51,098 bases of DNA from Candidatus Micrarchaeota archaeon (GCA_027345565.1 DAHWIF010000001.1:1-51098); one strand, 5' to 3'. Positions 8,967 to 18,918 are shown, numbered from the stretch's first letter. The notes: generated from the sequence alone by a model not told the origin. Translations and numbers: made by a program.

Positions 8967-9944
8967 TCACCACGTCACCTTGACCGTGTCAACGCGGTAC
9001 CTCTGATTTATGCCTAGCTGCTCTGCGCTGTAGCGCTGCCCGCTTCTGTACATCTTCTCCGCCACTACGGCAATCATCGCGCCATTATCCGCATTCAGCT
9101 CATTCGGCGAGACGAAGAATCCCGCACCGTGGCATTTCGCTACAATTCCGAGCATCTCCTTCAGCCTCTTGCTCTGCGCAACGCCACCGCAAACCATCAG
9201 CTCCCTCTTCTTTGCAAGGAGGAGCGCGCGCTCGGTAGCCTCGCAGAGCATCGCAAACGATGTTTCCTGCAACGAATATGCGGTATCCTTGACCGAGTGG
9301 CTTTTCAGCGCCTTCTCGGCAAAGGTCTGCAGCCCTGTGAAGGTGAAGTCCATGCCCTTTACAGTGTACGGCATCTCAAAGTACCTGCCGCCATCTGCAA
9401 CCTTGGCAACAGTGGAGCCCCATGCAGGGACAAGGCGTGCAGCGCGCGCAAAGCTGTCTATCATGTTTCCGATTCCTATATCGAATGTTTCGCCGTAAAC
9501 GTGGTAGTGTCTGAACGGGCTGTCTACGAGGCCCAATATCTGGGAGTTGCCTCCGCTGACATAGAGAACAAGCGGATCCCTCAGCCTGAACGCCTGCTTC
9601 GTAACCTCTATGTGGCCCAGCGCGTGGTTGACCGGCATGAGCGGCAGTTTGTATCTCTTTGAGATAAGCGCCGCAACAAGCTGGCCTACCGCAAGGCATG
9701 GCCCAAGCCCTGGCCCCTTGGTATACCCTACGGCTTCCACATCGCGCGGTTTTATTCCAGCCTCGTCCAGAGCGCGCTTTACCACCAAATGGGCATTCCT
9801 CATGTGGAATCCGGCGACCTTTACGGGTATCATGCCCCTCTCTTTTATCGGGTACATGCTCTTCTGGTTGGCGAGTATCCTGCCGTTGTCGCAGATGCCG
9901 ACTCCAAATGTGTGCGCTGTACTCTCAATTCCAAGCACGGCCAT
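8967..9944 (-). CDS. kae1: tRNA t6A synthase Kae1
   Basis: VLGIESTAH, GPGLGPCL, VNHALGHIE, LYVSGGNSQ and DNGAMIA. Start at ATG 9944. Confidence 0.95.
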   Translation of the reverse strand: MAVLGIESTAHTFGVGICDNGRILANQKSMYPIKERGMIPVKVAGFHMRNAHLVVKRALDEAGIKPRDVEAVGYTKGPGLGPCLAVGQLVAALISKRYKLPLMPVNHALGHIEVTKQAFRLRDPLVLYVSGGNSQILGLVDSPFRHYHVYGETFDIGIGNMIDSFARAARLVPAWGSTVAKVADGGRYFEMPYTVKGMDFTFTGLQTFAEKALKSHSVKDTAYSLQETSFAMLCEATERALLLAKKRELMVCGGVAQSKRLKEMLGIVAKCHGAGFFVSPNELNADNGAMIAVVAEKMYRSGQRYSAEQLGINQRYRVDTVKVTW

Positions 9945-9992
9945 AAAGGATCGGTTAAAATGACTCAAAACAGGAATAAAAGGCTTTATGGC

Positions 9993-10298
9993 TCAGATGA
10001 CATCTATTATGTCCTCCTTGTAGCCCATCCCGATCAGCGCCTTCTTCGTCGTGTCCTTGTGGTCGCCCTGCAGCTCAACTACGCCGTCCCTGCTCGTCCC
10101 GCCGCAGGCTAGTATCCTCTTGAGGTTCTTCTCCGCGCTCTCGAGCTCGTCGTTGTTTATGCCCTCTATGACGGTCACTACGCGGTTGAACTTCGCCTTC
10201 TTTGTATAGACCCGTATTTTGCTCTCCGTCTCGCGGTCAAGTACGGAGCATACGCAGATGTCTTTGGGTAATCCGCATTTTGGACATACGTCTGGCAT
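9993..10298 (-). CDS. sui1: Translation initiation factor aIF1 (SUI1)
   Basis: N-terminal CPKCGLPKDICVC zinc knuckle, LACGGT and ELQGDH. Confidence 0.95.
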   Translation of the reverse strand: MPDVCPKCGLPKDICVCSVLDRETESKIRVYTKKAKFNRVVTVIEGINNDELESAEKNLKRILACGGTSRDGVVELQGDHKDTTKKALIGMGYKEDIIDVI

Positions 10299-10504
10299 TA
10301 GCTCTTTGCACCCTTCTTGTTCAGGATCGTGTTTATCCTTGCAATGGTCCTCCTTATCTCGCGCGCCTTGATCACCTTGCTGGCTACGCCGGTCGAAGCC
10401 ACCTTCCTCCTCTCTATGCTCAGCTCTAGCTCAAGCTCGCCAAGCTTGGTTCTAAGTGCGCTTTCAGACAGAGAACGTAGTTCACGCGCTTTTATTTCAG
10501 ACAC
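10298..10504 (-). CDS. rpl29: 50S ribosomal protein L29
   Basis: KARELR...REIRRTIARINT, directly upstream of sui1 as in archaeal clusters. Confidence 0.92.
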   Translation of the reverse strand: MSEIKARELRSLSESALRTKLGELELELSIERRKVASTGVASKVIKAREIRRTIARINTILNKKGAKS

Positions 10505-10694
10505 CTGTAATATTATTGCACCTTCCAGATATTAAAAGCTTTGCGTGCGTTTACGTCTTTGCTAATGACTTCTGAATGCTGCCAGCAAAATGGATTAATG
10601 AGCAGGGTTTACTAGCAAACGCGTGAGTCTCGGAAACCTTAGGCAATGAGAGGATATTAATAGTTTGTCTCGATAATACTGTTGGTAATCATCA

Positions 10695-12635
10695 ATGCAG
10701 AGCTTCAAGACGACCGCAGAAGTCAAGGTTCCAGAGAAGCTAATCGATCAGGTAATCGGGCAGGAGAAAGCCACAGATATAATCAAGAAGGCGGCAAAAC
10801 AGCGAAGGAACGTGCTGCTGGTCGGATCGCCAGGTACTGGAAAAACGATGCTAGCCCAAGCGATGGCAGAGCTGCTGCCTGCCGCAGAGCTCGAGGACAT
10901 ACTTGTCTACAAGAATGTCAACGACGAGAACATGCCGCTCATCAAGGCAGTTAAGACATACCCTAACGAGGAAGCGAGGGCTAAGGGCGGCGACGGCCAG
11001 GGCAGGCAGATACTGCAGAAAGAGCGGATGAAGAACAGGATGATGATGGGGAAGGGCGCATCGCTCGTAACTCCGATAATACTCCTCCTCGTCATAGTCC
11101 TATTCGGGCTCTCGCTGAGCGGCTACATAACGGGATACGAGATAATAGTGCTTGCCGCACTCATCCTCGGGATACTGATATTCGGGGCAATGATGATGTT
11201 CATGAGCGGGGTCACCCGCCGCGCAGGCATACTGGGCACAACAGACTACAACGAGCCTAAGCTTATAGTTGATAACACAGGATACAAGCATGCGCCTTTC
11301 ATAGACGCTACTGGCTCTAGGGCCGGCGCGCTTTTCGGCGACGTCAGGCACGACCCCCTGCAGAGCGGCGGGCTCGGCACCCCGGCGCACCTTAGGGTTG
11401 AGAGCGGTGCGGTGCATAAAGCCAACAAGGGAGTCCTTTTCATAGATGAGGTATCAAGGCTTGAACCGAGGTCGCAGCAGGACCTTCTAACGTCAATGCA
11501 GGAGAAGAAATACGCGATAACAGGGCAAAGCGAGATGAGCTCAGGCGCACTCGTCAAGACCGAACCGGTGCCTGCCGACTTCGTCCTGGTGGCTGCAGGC
11601 AACCTGCAGGACATACAGGCGATGCACCCAGCGTTGCGGTCAAGGATACGCGGATACGGCTACGAGGTTTATATGGAGTCGACCATGGAGGACAACGATG
11701 CCAATCGCACAATGCTCGTCCAGTTCATCGCGCAGGAGGTGAAGAAGGACGGCAAGATACCGCATTTCGGCAAGGATGCCGTCGGCGAGGTGCTTGAGGA
11801 GGCGCGCAGGCGCGCAGGCAGGAAGAAAAGACTTACTCTCATACTCAGGGACCTCGGCGGATTGGTGAGGGCTGCAGGGGACCTCGCCGTGGAGCGGAAG
11901 CAGAAGGTGGTGACCAAGCAGGATGTGATAGATGCTAAGAAACTTGCCAGCTCTATAGAGTCCCAGGCAGTTACCCAGGAGATAGAATATACGAAGGACT
12001 ATCAGGTCTTCACCAACCGCGGGTTCAGCGTTGGCAAGGTGAATGGCCTGGCTGTGATGGGCTCATCGTCCATAACATCAGCAGGCCTAGTGCTGCCGCT
12101 TGTCGCTGAGGTCACTCCGGCAAGCTCCAGGGCGGAAGGCAAGTTTATACCCACCGGCAAGCTCGGGAAGATAGCGAACGAGGCAGTGAAGAACGTTAGC
12201 GCGATAATAAAGAAGCATATCGGCAAGGACGTCGCCAACTACGACATGCACGTGCAGTTTCTGCAGTCGTACGCAGGCGTTGAGGGAGACAGTGCAAGCA
12301 TATCGGTAGCTATAAGCATAATCTCTGCAATGGAAAACCTGCCTGTCGACCAATCGGTCGCAATGACCGGATCCCTCTCTGTAAGGGGGGAGGTGCTGCC
12401 CGTAGGCGGAGTTACCAGCAAGATAGAGGCGGCGATAAGCGCAGGCATGCGCACGGTAATAATACCGCAGAGCAACCGTGATGACGTCTACATAGCGAAG
12501 GAGAGACTGCGTAGGATAAAGGTTGTGCCTGTGAAAACCCTGGCTGAAGTAATGAAATACTCGATAAAGCCAAGCAAACGCAAGGACGAGATAATAATGG
12601 AGCTCAGGAAGCACGAGCTGCCGAACGGAAAGTGA
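10695..12635 (+). CDS. lonB: Membrane-bound ATP-dependent protease LonB
   Basis: DQVIGQE, Walker A GSPGTGKT, two TM helices inside the AAA module, [12 protein letters not shown], and Ser-Lys dyad GDSAS...GGVTSK. Confidence 0.96.
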   Translation: MQSFKTTAEVKVPEKLIDQVIGQEKATDIIKKAAKQRRNVLLVGSPGTGKTMLAQAMAELLPAAELEDILVYKNVNDENMPLIKAVKTYPNEEARAKGGDGQGRQILQKERMKNRMMMGKGASLVTPIILLLVIVLFGLSLSGYITGYEIIVLAALILGILIFGAMMMFMSGVTRRAGILGTTDYNEPKLIVDNTGYKHAPFIDATGSRAGALFGDVRHDPLQSGGLGTPAHLRVESGAVHKANKGVLFIDEVSRLEPRSQQDLLTSMQEKKYAITGQSEMSSGALVKTEPVPADFVLVAAGNLQDIQAMHPALRSRIRGYGYEVYMESTMEDNDANRTMLVQFIAQEVKKDGKIPHFGKDAVGEVLEEARRRAGRKKRLTLILRDLGGLVRAAGDLAVERKQKVVTKQDVIDAKKLASSIESQAVTQEIEYTKDYQVFTNRGFSVGKVNGLAVMGSSSITSAGLVLPLVAEVTPASSRAEGKFIPTGKLGKIANEAVKNVSAIIKKHIGKDVANYDMHVQFLQSYAGVEGDSASISVAISIISAMENLPVDQSVAMTGSLSVRGEVLPVGGVTSKIEAAISAGMRTVIIPQSNRDDVYIAKERLRRIKVVPVKTLAEVMKYSIKPSKRKDEIIMELRKHELPNGK

Positions 12636-12639
12636 GAGA

Positions 12640-13746
12640 GTGAGCGAGCGCAAAGATGCGGATGCGAAGAAGAAGCTCGAGCTTTTCGGGAAGGAGATAC
12701 TCGAAGAGGTGGAGAATGGCAAGAGCCCGACCTTTACCACGCTCTCTAGGTCGAGGTCCAACGTGAAGTACGACGAGAAGGCCGGGGTGCTCATGCTAGG
12801 CAAGAATTCCGAGGAGCGCAACTTCGTGAACGTCGCCCAGGCAAAACGATTTATGCAGACGGTCGCGATAGCTTCCAAGTGTTATAAGTTCATCAACGAG
12901 AACCTGCACACATCAATAAGGGGGCTATTTTATCAGCTTAAGTACTCGCTTGGGGAGGACGTCGACGAGAACATATTTAACGAGCAGGCCGAATCGAACC
13001 CGCTCATAGAGGACCTTGAGGTGTCCCTCGGCGTAAAGAGGGAGGACCTCAACCTTAACGCGAACAGGAAGGGCGTGCTGGCAGGAAACCTGAAGATACA
13101 CGACACGTTCGGCGGGGAGCGCCAGCTGATAGACGCGGCAAAGCAGGGGAGGAGCGGATGGGCGATACCGAGCGATGTGGACAATGAGATAGAGTTCACC
13201 GACGTGCGGGCTAAGTACGTGCTTGTCGTTGAGAAGGACGCCATCTGGCAGAGGCTAAACGAGGACGGCTTCTGGAAGAAGGAGAACTGCATACTCATAT
13301 CGCCGCAGGGGCAGGCCGCAAGGGGCACGCGGCGCCTCATAAGAAAGCTCGCCGACATGGGCCTTCCGATCTATGTCTTCAACGACTGCGACGCCTGGGG
13401 GTGGTACATATACTGGACGATAAAGACCGGAAGCATAAACCTCGCCTACATGGGCAGGGAGATAGCGACGCCAGAGGCAAGGTTCCTCGGCGTGACTATG
13501 GAAGATATAGAGCGCTACGACTTCCTCAAGAAAATGACAATGAAGGCATCAGAGGTTGACATAAAGAGGGCGCAGGACATGCTGCAGTATCCATGGATAA
13601 ACAGGCACAAGGAGTGGGTAGAAGAGCTCAACAAGGTCATAAAGACAAAGACGAAGCTCGAGCAGGACACGCTGCAAGGGCCGAAGCTGACGTTTGTAGG
13701 GGACTACATACGCGGGAAGATAGCGGCGAAGCGTTTCCTCCCCTGA
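12640..13746 (+). CDS. top6A: DNA topoisomerase VI subunit A
   Basis: SIRGLFY catalytic Tyr, FNEQAESN, TOPRIM VVEKDA and DCDAWG. Confidence 0.93.
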   Translation: MSERKDADAKKKLELFGKEILEEVENGKSPTFTTLSRSRSNVKYDEKAGVLMLGKNSEERNFVNVAQAKRFMQTVAIASKCYKFINENLHTSIRGLFYQLKYSLGEDVDENIFNEQAESNPLIEDLEVSLGVKREDLNLNANRKGVLAGNLKIHDTFGGERQLIDAAKQGRSGWAIPSDVDNEIEFTDVRAKYVLVVEKDAIWQRLNEDGFWKKENCILISPQGQAARGTRRLIRKLADMGLPIYVFNDCDAWGWYIYWTIKTGSINLAYMGREIATPEARFLGVTMEDIERYDFLKKMTMKASEVDIKRAQDMLQYPWINRHKEWVEELNKVIKTKTKLEQDTLQGPKLTFVGDYIRGKIAAKRFLP

Positions 13747-15063
13747 TTATACCTCTATGGCTGCGTGCATGTTAGATAGGCCAAGCTTGTTCAGCGTAGT
13801 CTGCGGATCGTCATAATATGCCCTAACGGTCTCGTTTATGCTCCTTATATCCTTCACGCCCTGCTTGTTCATAGCTGCGAGTATGCTGCCCCTGACCCGC
13901 TCCTCTTCGTATATGTCCTGCGGTGCAACGCCAATGAGCCTCGCCAGCGAATCCCTGTACGTTACGCTGGGCAGTATCGGCGAAGCCTGGTGTGTCTTGT
14001 AATCGTATTTGTACAGGTCTGAGAGCAGCACCTTCGTCTCTATTCCGGATACCTCCGATACCTGAACTATCTTCCTCAGCGGCTTCTTGTTTTCTATCAC
14101 ATGGGAGACTATCACTACCGCGTCTATCGCAGGTATGAGCTCCATCGGCACGTCCATGGGCTTGCTCTGCAGCCTTGTTATTACATCCCTTGCTGTTGAC
14201 GCGTGGATCGTGCCGAGCACTATCTTGCCTATGTTCATCGCTGTCATCATATCCTTAGCTTCAGCGCCGCGCACCTCCCCTATTATTATTGTATCAGGCC
14301 TCATCCTCACAGAGTTCTTCACGAGCTCGACCATCGGCAGGTCGTCGCTGGTCTCCAGCCTTACGCAGTTCTCCTGCGTCTCGGTGTTGAGCTCGTATGT
14401 CTCCTCTATCGTCACCACCCTTGCTTCCGGCCTGAAGAACGAGAACAGCGCATTCAGCAGCGTCGTCTTCCCGGCTGCAGGCATGCCCCCTACCAGCAGG
14501 TTGGCCGGCCTCACCCTGAAGCCGTCGACATAGACCCACAGCCTGGCCGCCATCTGATAGTCGAGCTCTCCCAAGTTCACCAGGTCTATGATGCTCAGGG
14601 CGCGCTTCCTAAAGTTCCTTATAGTCACATCGTAGCCGATCGGCGATGTGACTATGTTGCATCTGCTCCCTGTGGGCAGGTGCACGTCTATTACGTTGCC
14701 GTTCGCTGACTCGTTCGTGGAGTACAGTTTTATCTTGTCTATGAAGAGATCCAGCTTCTCCCTTGTCTCGAAGCGCGCATCTATCTTCGCTAGGCCGCCG
14801 CTCGCATCGTACACATATACATTTCTGGTGTTGTTGATCATCACGTCCTCTATGCTCTCATTAGTGAGATAGTCCTCTATGGGTGATAGGTCATTTATGT
14901 CGTTTATAATCTCCTTTAGCTCATCCGCAGAGAGTTCCGGGCTTATTGTCTTCGCGTGGTATATTATCAGGTCGGTTTTCTTCTTCTGGTCGTCTATCCC
15001 GGCGAAAGCTCCGACAAGCCTCTTGAGCACCTTCCTTTCAATATCATAAGTCGAACTTTTCAT
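13747..15063 (-). CDS. Type II/IV secretion (CpaF/VirB11/FlaI-like) ATPase
   Basis: Walker A GMPAAGKTT, Asp box TIEETYEL, RMRPDTIIIGEVRG and His box GTIHA. Confidence 0.9.
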   Translation of the reverse strand: MKSSTYDIERKVLKRLVGAFAGIDDQKKKTDLIIYHAKTISPELSADELKEIINDINDLSPIEDYLTNESIEDVMINNTRNVYVYDASGGLAKIDARFETREKLDLFIDKIKLYSTNESANGNVIDVHLPTGSRCNIVTSPIGYDVTIRNFRKRALSIIDLVNLGELDYQMAARLWVYVDGFRVRPANLLVGGMPAAGKTTLLNALFSFFRPEARVVTIEETYELNTETQENCVRLETSDDLPMVELVKNSVRMRPDTIIIGEVRGAEAKDMMTAMNIGKIVLGTIHASTARDVITRLQSKPMDVPMELIPAIDAVVIVSHVIENKKPLRKIVQVSEVSGIETKVLLSDLYKYDYKTHQASPILPSVTYRDSLARLIGVAPQDIYEEERVRGSILAAMNKQGVKDIRSINETVRAYYDDPQTTLNKLGLSNMHAAIEV

Positions 15064-15106
15064 TTGCCCACTGACTTATATTGCGGGGCAAGTTATAAAT
15101 TGCTCA

Positions 15107-16144
15107 CTAATTTGGTAATATTGAGTCTACAACGAATTCCGGAGTGTATCTAACCAATGCGTCGTATGACTCGCCGATGCCGAAGAACAGTATTGGTATG
15201 CCGGTTGCGCTTGCTATGGACACCGCGTTGCCGCCCCTCGCATCGCAGTCGAGTTTCGTGAGTATTATCCCATCTATCTTCATGTACTTAGAGAACTCCC
15301 TGATCTGGCTTGTGAGCGCGTTCCCGGCGGTGCTCTCGCCCACGAATAAAGTGATATCTGGCTTCGCTACCTTGACAATCTTCACCATCTCGTTGATGAG
15401 GTTCTTGTTTGTCTCCTGCCTGCCGGCGGTGTCTATCAGCACAGTAGGGATGTTGTGCGCCTTTGCGTATGCTATCGCATCGAATGCTACACTTGCCGGG
15501 TCGGCACCATATTTGCTCTTTATCACGTGCGAGCCTATCGCCCTCGCGTGATGCTCCGTCTGCTCTATGGCAGCCGCGCGGAAGGTGTCGCTGGCTGAGA
15601 ATACACTCTCCATGCCATTCTTCTTCAGCAACGCCGCTATCTTCCCCATCGTAGTGGTCTTGCCAGTGCCATTGGGTCCGAGGAAGAGTATCTTCACAGG
15701 TATCTCGCCTGTCACCACCCTCTCCTTCACGAACTTTACCAGGTCTATGCTCTGCTCAGGGCTCTGGAGCGTCTCGAGGAGTGATGTGCGCACCACATCT
15801 GTTACCATCTGGTCTATCTCCTTTGGCTTGAACCTTGATGACTCGAGCTTCCTCCTAAGTATCGCTATGAAGCTCTCCGTAGCGCTGTACGACACATCGG
15901 ATTTCAGCAACGAATCCTCCAGCTCCCCGAGGAATGTTTCCACTTCCCTCTCGCTCAGCTTTACGCTGCCGCCGAACGCGCCCTTGATCCTTGTGCCTAC
16001 TGATGTATCCACTGATAGGGCTGGCCCTTTCGCCTCCCCGCGGCTATCGGGCATGGTTTCAGCAGGTGGCTTTGCTTCCCTCTCCTCCTTCTTTATGAAC
16101 CCTTTTACCGCGCTCGATATCCTCTTGCGCAATTCGTCGAACAT
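15107..16144 (-). CDS. ftsY: SRP receptor GTPase FtsY
   Basis: GPNGTGKTTT, DTFRAAA, DTAGR and TKLD. Confidence 0.96.
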   Translation of the reverse strand: MFDELRKRISSAVKGFIKKEEREAKPPAETMPDSRGEAKGPALSVDTSVGTRIKGAFGGSVKLSEREVETFLGELEDSLLKSDVSYSATESFIAILRRKLESSRFKPKEIDQMVTDVVRTSLLETLQSPEQSIDLVKFVKERVVTGEIPVKILFLGPNGTGKTTTMGKIAALLKKNGMESVFSASDTFRAAAIEQTEHHARAIGSHVIKSKYGADPASVAFDAIAYAKAHNIPTVLIDTAGRQETNKNLINEMVKIVKVAKPDITLFVGESTAGNALTSQIREFSKYMKIDGIILTKLDCDARGGNAVSIASATGIPILFFGIGESYDALVRYTPEFVVDSILPN

Positions 16145-16149
16145 CCGGA

Positions 16150-16575
16150 TTACCTGCGGTTCAGCGCATCAATCCTGCGCGCAACGTCAATTATCGCATC
16201 GCGCAGCTCATTCCTGTTCTTGACAAGATTGTTGAACGTCTGGGTGGATCTCTGAGTTCTATCATCCACGAAAGCCTTTGCCGCCCCTATATCCTTCTCC
16301 ACAACATAGCCAGCTCCTATGTCCACTAGCACAGATTCCAGCCTATCGGACCTTGAGTTCATGTAGGCTCCGGCTCCAAGGCTGACAAGCACGTCCTTGC
16401 CATCAAGCATACCGGAATCGTCGAGTGTCTTCTTAAGCGATGCTAGCTCGTTTAGGTACTGGACGACCCTGTTCATCTCGTTTACTACGGCATTGTGCTG
16501 GCTCTGGTAGAGCTGCTGCATGTAGCTTAGGGTGTAGAGCTCTTCCTCACGCGTGCGATTTTCAGGCTGCGCCAT
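16150..16575 (-). CDS. pfdA: Prefoldin alpha subunit
   Basis: Coiled coils flanking LVSLGAGAY and VLVDIGAGYVVEK hairpins; conserved position upstream of ftsY. Confidence 0.9.
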   Translation of the reverse strand: MAQPENRTREEELYTLSYMQQLYQSQHNAVVNEMNRVVQYLNELASLKKTLDDSGMLDGKDVLVSLGAGAYMNSRSDRLESVLVDIGAGYVVEKDIGAAKAFVDDRTQRSTQTFNNLVKNRNELRDAIIDVARRIDALNRR

Positions 16576-16581
16576 CGCGGA

Positions 16582-16767
16582 TCAACCCTTCTTTACCTCG
16601 AGTATTGAGTATGCTGTCGACCTTAGCCCGTGCCTGCTGCCGAGTATGCTTTTCGCTAACGCCGTCGCGTGCCTCTCGCTCACCGCGCTGAGCTGCAGGC
16701 TGAACTTCCTCTGCCCGCCTTTCTTTATGATACCACTCACCACGTATGTTTGCACCTTGCTGCGCAT
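16582..16767 (-). CDS. rpl18a: 50S ribosomal protein LX (eL20/L18ae)
   Basis: SILGSRHGL motif and synteny between aIF6 and prefoldin alpha. Confidence 0.82.
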   Translation of the reverse strand: MRSKVQTYVVSGIIKKGGQRKFSLQLSAVSERHATALAKSILGSRHGLRSTAYSILEVKKG

Positions 16768-17436
16768 TCAATCCCCTAAAGCCTGAAGCATACGCTCCAT
16801 CTCGAAACCTGTCGTATCGCTGCCGACCAGCAACCCGTTCGAATTCGCGAGCGACGCCATGCCTACGATGAGGGATCCCGTGTTCGCTGTCGTCCTCACA
16901 GAGTCGAATCCAGTCATCTTGTCTAGCGTCTCCTTATCGGAGTCGCTTCCCCTGTTGTTTATCACGCACCCGCCATTTGTCAGTATATTTGTTGCACCTA
17001 CGGTCTTAAAGCCCCCTATCTCCTTTTTCACCACCTCAACGCCAAGCACATCGCCTATCTGTTTCGCCTCGCTGTCATCGTATTCGACATCGATTATGGC
17101 AATGCGGTCGTTGGCGAGCACCGTATTCCCTATCGCATTTATGTTGCTCTTCAGTATCTCGACGTTGATGTCCAGGCCCGGCTCCTTTATCCTAGCAACG
17201 TCCTCTGCGCTTGCTATGTTTGACACGAGGATGCCGTTGGAGTTCGCCCTAGAGAAAAGACCGATAAGGTCGGTGCCATTTATGCCTATGCTTACGCATT
17301 CGGTCTTAAGCACATCGTGTATCATTGTTATCAGCTTCGCTGGCATGCCGAAAGGCACGAACGTATATCTGTCTGTGGTGGTTGCGAAAGCTCCTATGTA
17401 GTCGCTGCCGTTCACCTGGCATTTAGCGGCTTCCAT
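16768..17436 (-). CDS. eif6: Translation initiation factor aIF6
   Basis: Repeated IG...ANSNG.LV units and TTGFE; conserved synteny. Confidence 0.93.
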   Translation of the reverse strand: MEAAKCQVNGSDYIGAFATTTDRYTFVPFGMPAKLITMIHDVLKTECVSIGINGTDLIGLFSRANSNGILVSNIASAEDVARIKEPGLDINVEILKSNINAIGNTVLANDRIAIIDVEYDDSEAKQIGDVLGVEVVKKEIGGFKTVGATNILTNGGCVINNRGSDSDKETLDKMTGFDSVRTTANTGSLIVGMASLANSNGLLVGSDTTGFEMERMLQALGD

Positions 17437-17440
17437 AAAC

Positions 17441-17755
17441 TCATTTCTTCTGGCTCTCCTTCTGTTTCGCCTCTTTCTCCTCCTTCTTCTGCTCCTTCTC
17501 TGCGGAGAACGGCTCTGCGGTCGCCTTTCCGTTGTCTATCTTGACGGTAAGCTTCACTGGTGCCATGCTCTTCGCCACCCTCTTCAGCACCTCAGAGTTC
17601 AGCGACTGGCTGAGCAGCACGTTGTCTATGTCCGTCTTTGTGTAGTGCGATATCCTCTCGCGGAGGTACCTTATCGCCTTGTATTTCCTCTTGTTCCTGG
17701 GCTGCGTGACAAGGTACCTGCGCATGTTTATCGTCAGGAGCATGCGTGTAGCCAT
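17441..17755 (-). CDS. rpl31e: 50S ribosomal protein L31e
   Basis: TINMRR...PRNKR..KAIRYLR; lies between L39e and aIF6. Confidence 0.88.
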   Translation of the reverse strand: MATRMLLTINMRRYLVTQPRNKRKYKAIRYLRERISHYTKTDIDNVLLSQSLNSEVLKRVAKSMAPVKLTVKIDNGKATAEPFSAEKEQKKEEKEAKQKESQKK

Positions 17756-17917
17756 CTAATCATCCTCAATCCCGAGTTTTGTCCTTCGCCAGTTCCTTGC
17801 GAACATGTTCGACTGCAATCTCCGGTGGGTCCTGACTACCGTCAGGAGCGGAATCCTCCTTGATTTCTTCAGGGCCTTCCCAAGCCTCTGTTTCTTTATA
17901 TTTGATTTCTTCGACAT
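17756..17917 (-). CDS. rpl39e: 50S ribosomal protein L39e (not in ORF track)
   Basis: Manual translation gives MSKKSNIKKQRLGKALKKSRRIPLLTVVRTHRRLQSNMFARNWRRTKLGIEDD, with AGTGA + 4 nt + ATG. Confidence 0.92.
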   Translation of the reverse strand: MSKKSNIKKQRLGKALKKSRRIPLLTVVRTHRRLQSNMFARNWRRTKLGIEDD

Positions 17918-17921
17918 AGCA

Positions 17922-18230
17922 TCACTTCCTCTTGAAATTTATCGTCGGCTCTTTCCTGACCGTCACCTTCCCAAGTATGGAGAGCAGCTGGGCCTCCGTC
18001 ATCTTTCCCTGCAGCCTGTTTGTCTGCGCAAGCGATACGACAACCTTAACCATCTGTTCATAGAGCTCTGGGTTTGAGATCCTTATGTTCATGAGGCGCT
18101 CGTATGCTTTCGAGTCGAGCAGCTGCTTCATCAGCTCCTTCTTCTGCTGCTCAATCTGCATGCTCTTTATTGCAGCGGCAAGCCTCCTGTTCGCCCTTTT
18201 CTGGCCTCCCTCCTCCTCATCGTACGCCAT
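17922..18230 (-). CDS. PDCD5/TFAR19-like DNA-binding protein
   Basis: LLDSKAYERLMNIRISNPE and C-terminal INFKRK; synteny with rps19e. Confidence 0.9.
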   Translation of the reverse strand: MAYDEEEGGQKRANRRLAAAIKSMQIEQQKKELMKQLLDSKAYERLMNIRISNPELYEQMVKVVVSLAQTNRLQGKMTEAQLLSILGKVTVRKEPTINFKRK

Positions 18231-18237
18231 GCCACCA

Positions 18238-18651
18238 CTATCTCTGTGCCTCTACCTCTCTGGAGAGCTTGTCCAGGAACGACTTTCCCTTCGGTGTTAT
18301 CACCCTACCCGCCTTTGTATTCTTGACAAACTCAAGCTTCTCAAGAGACTGGCATGCATCCCTTATTATGCTGCCGCCTGCCTTGGTGTGGTGCCTCCTG
18401 TGGATTACGTGCTCCTTCCTCGAGCCGTACCGGGTCCTTAGCCGCTCAACTCCTATCGGCCCGTTCATGTAGACCTGTCTGAGTATTGACGCGCTCCTTA
18501 TGTACCAGAAATCTGGGCTATTTGGCGTCCTCTCCCTGTTCGCGCCTGATTTCACGTAGTCTATGTAAGCCGGCTTCGCCATTAGCCCCTTCAGCCTCTC
18601 GGCCGCGAGCCTGACTAGGGCAGAGCCCTTAACATCAAATGCATTTGTCAT
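18238..18651 (-). CDS. rps19e: 30S ribosomal protein S19e
   Basis: YVKSG, DFWYIRSASILR, GPIGVERLRTRYG and GRVITPKG. Confidence 0.96.
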   Translation of the reverse strand: MTNAFDVKGSALVRLAAERLKGLMAKPAYIDYVKSGANRERTPNSPDFWYIRSASILRQVYMNGPIGVERLRTRYGSRKEHVIHRRHHTKAGGSIIRDACQSLEKLEFVKNTKAGRVITPKGKSFLDKLSREVEAQR

Positions 18652-18918
18652 TCAATCTCCTTAGCTTGGCGCCATGGCGCCGCAGACAAATAGAGCCTGA
18701 TGAGTATAATTGCCATAAAACCTATTAAAATCTTTGCACACGCAAGCTGGCCAGGACGTTGGAAACAGATAATTGAAAGTTAACGGCGGCTTTGGGCAAA
18801 AAGGTCTTATTCTGAGGCGCATGAGTTGTGGTTAGAAAAATTGAAAAAGTGTAAGAATTCAACTTCCTAAAGCGACGTAACGCGTGAAAGCAATATAAAT
18901 CTTGGTATTGTTAGACCC

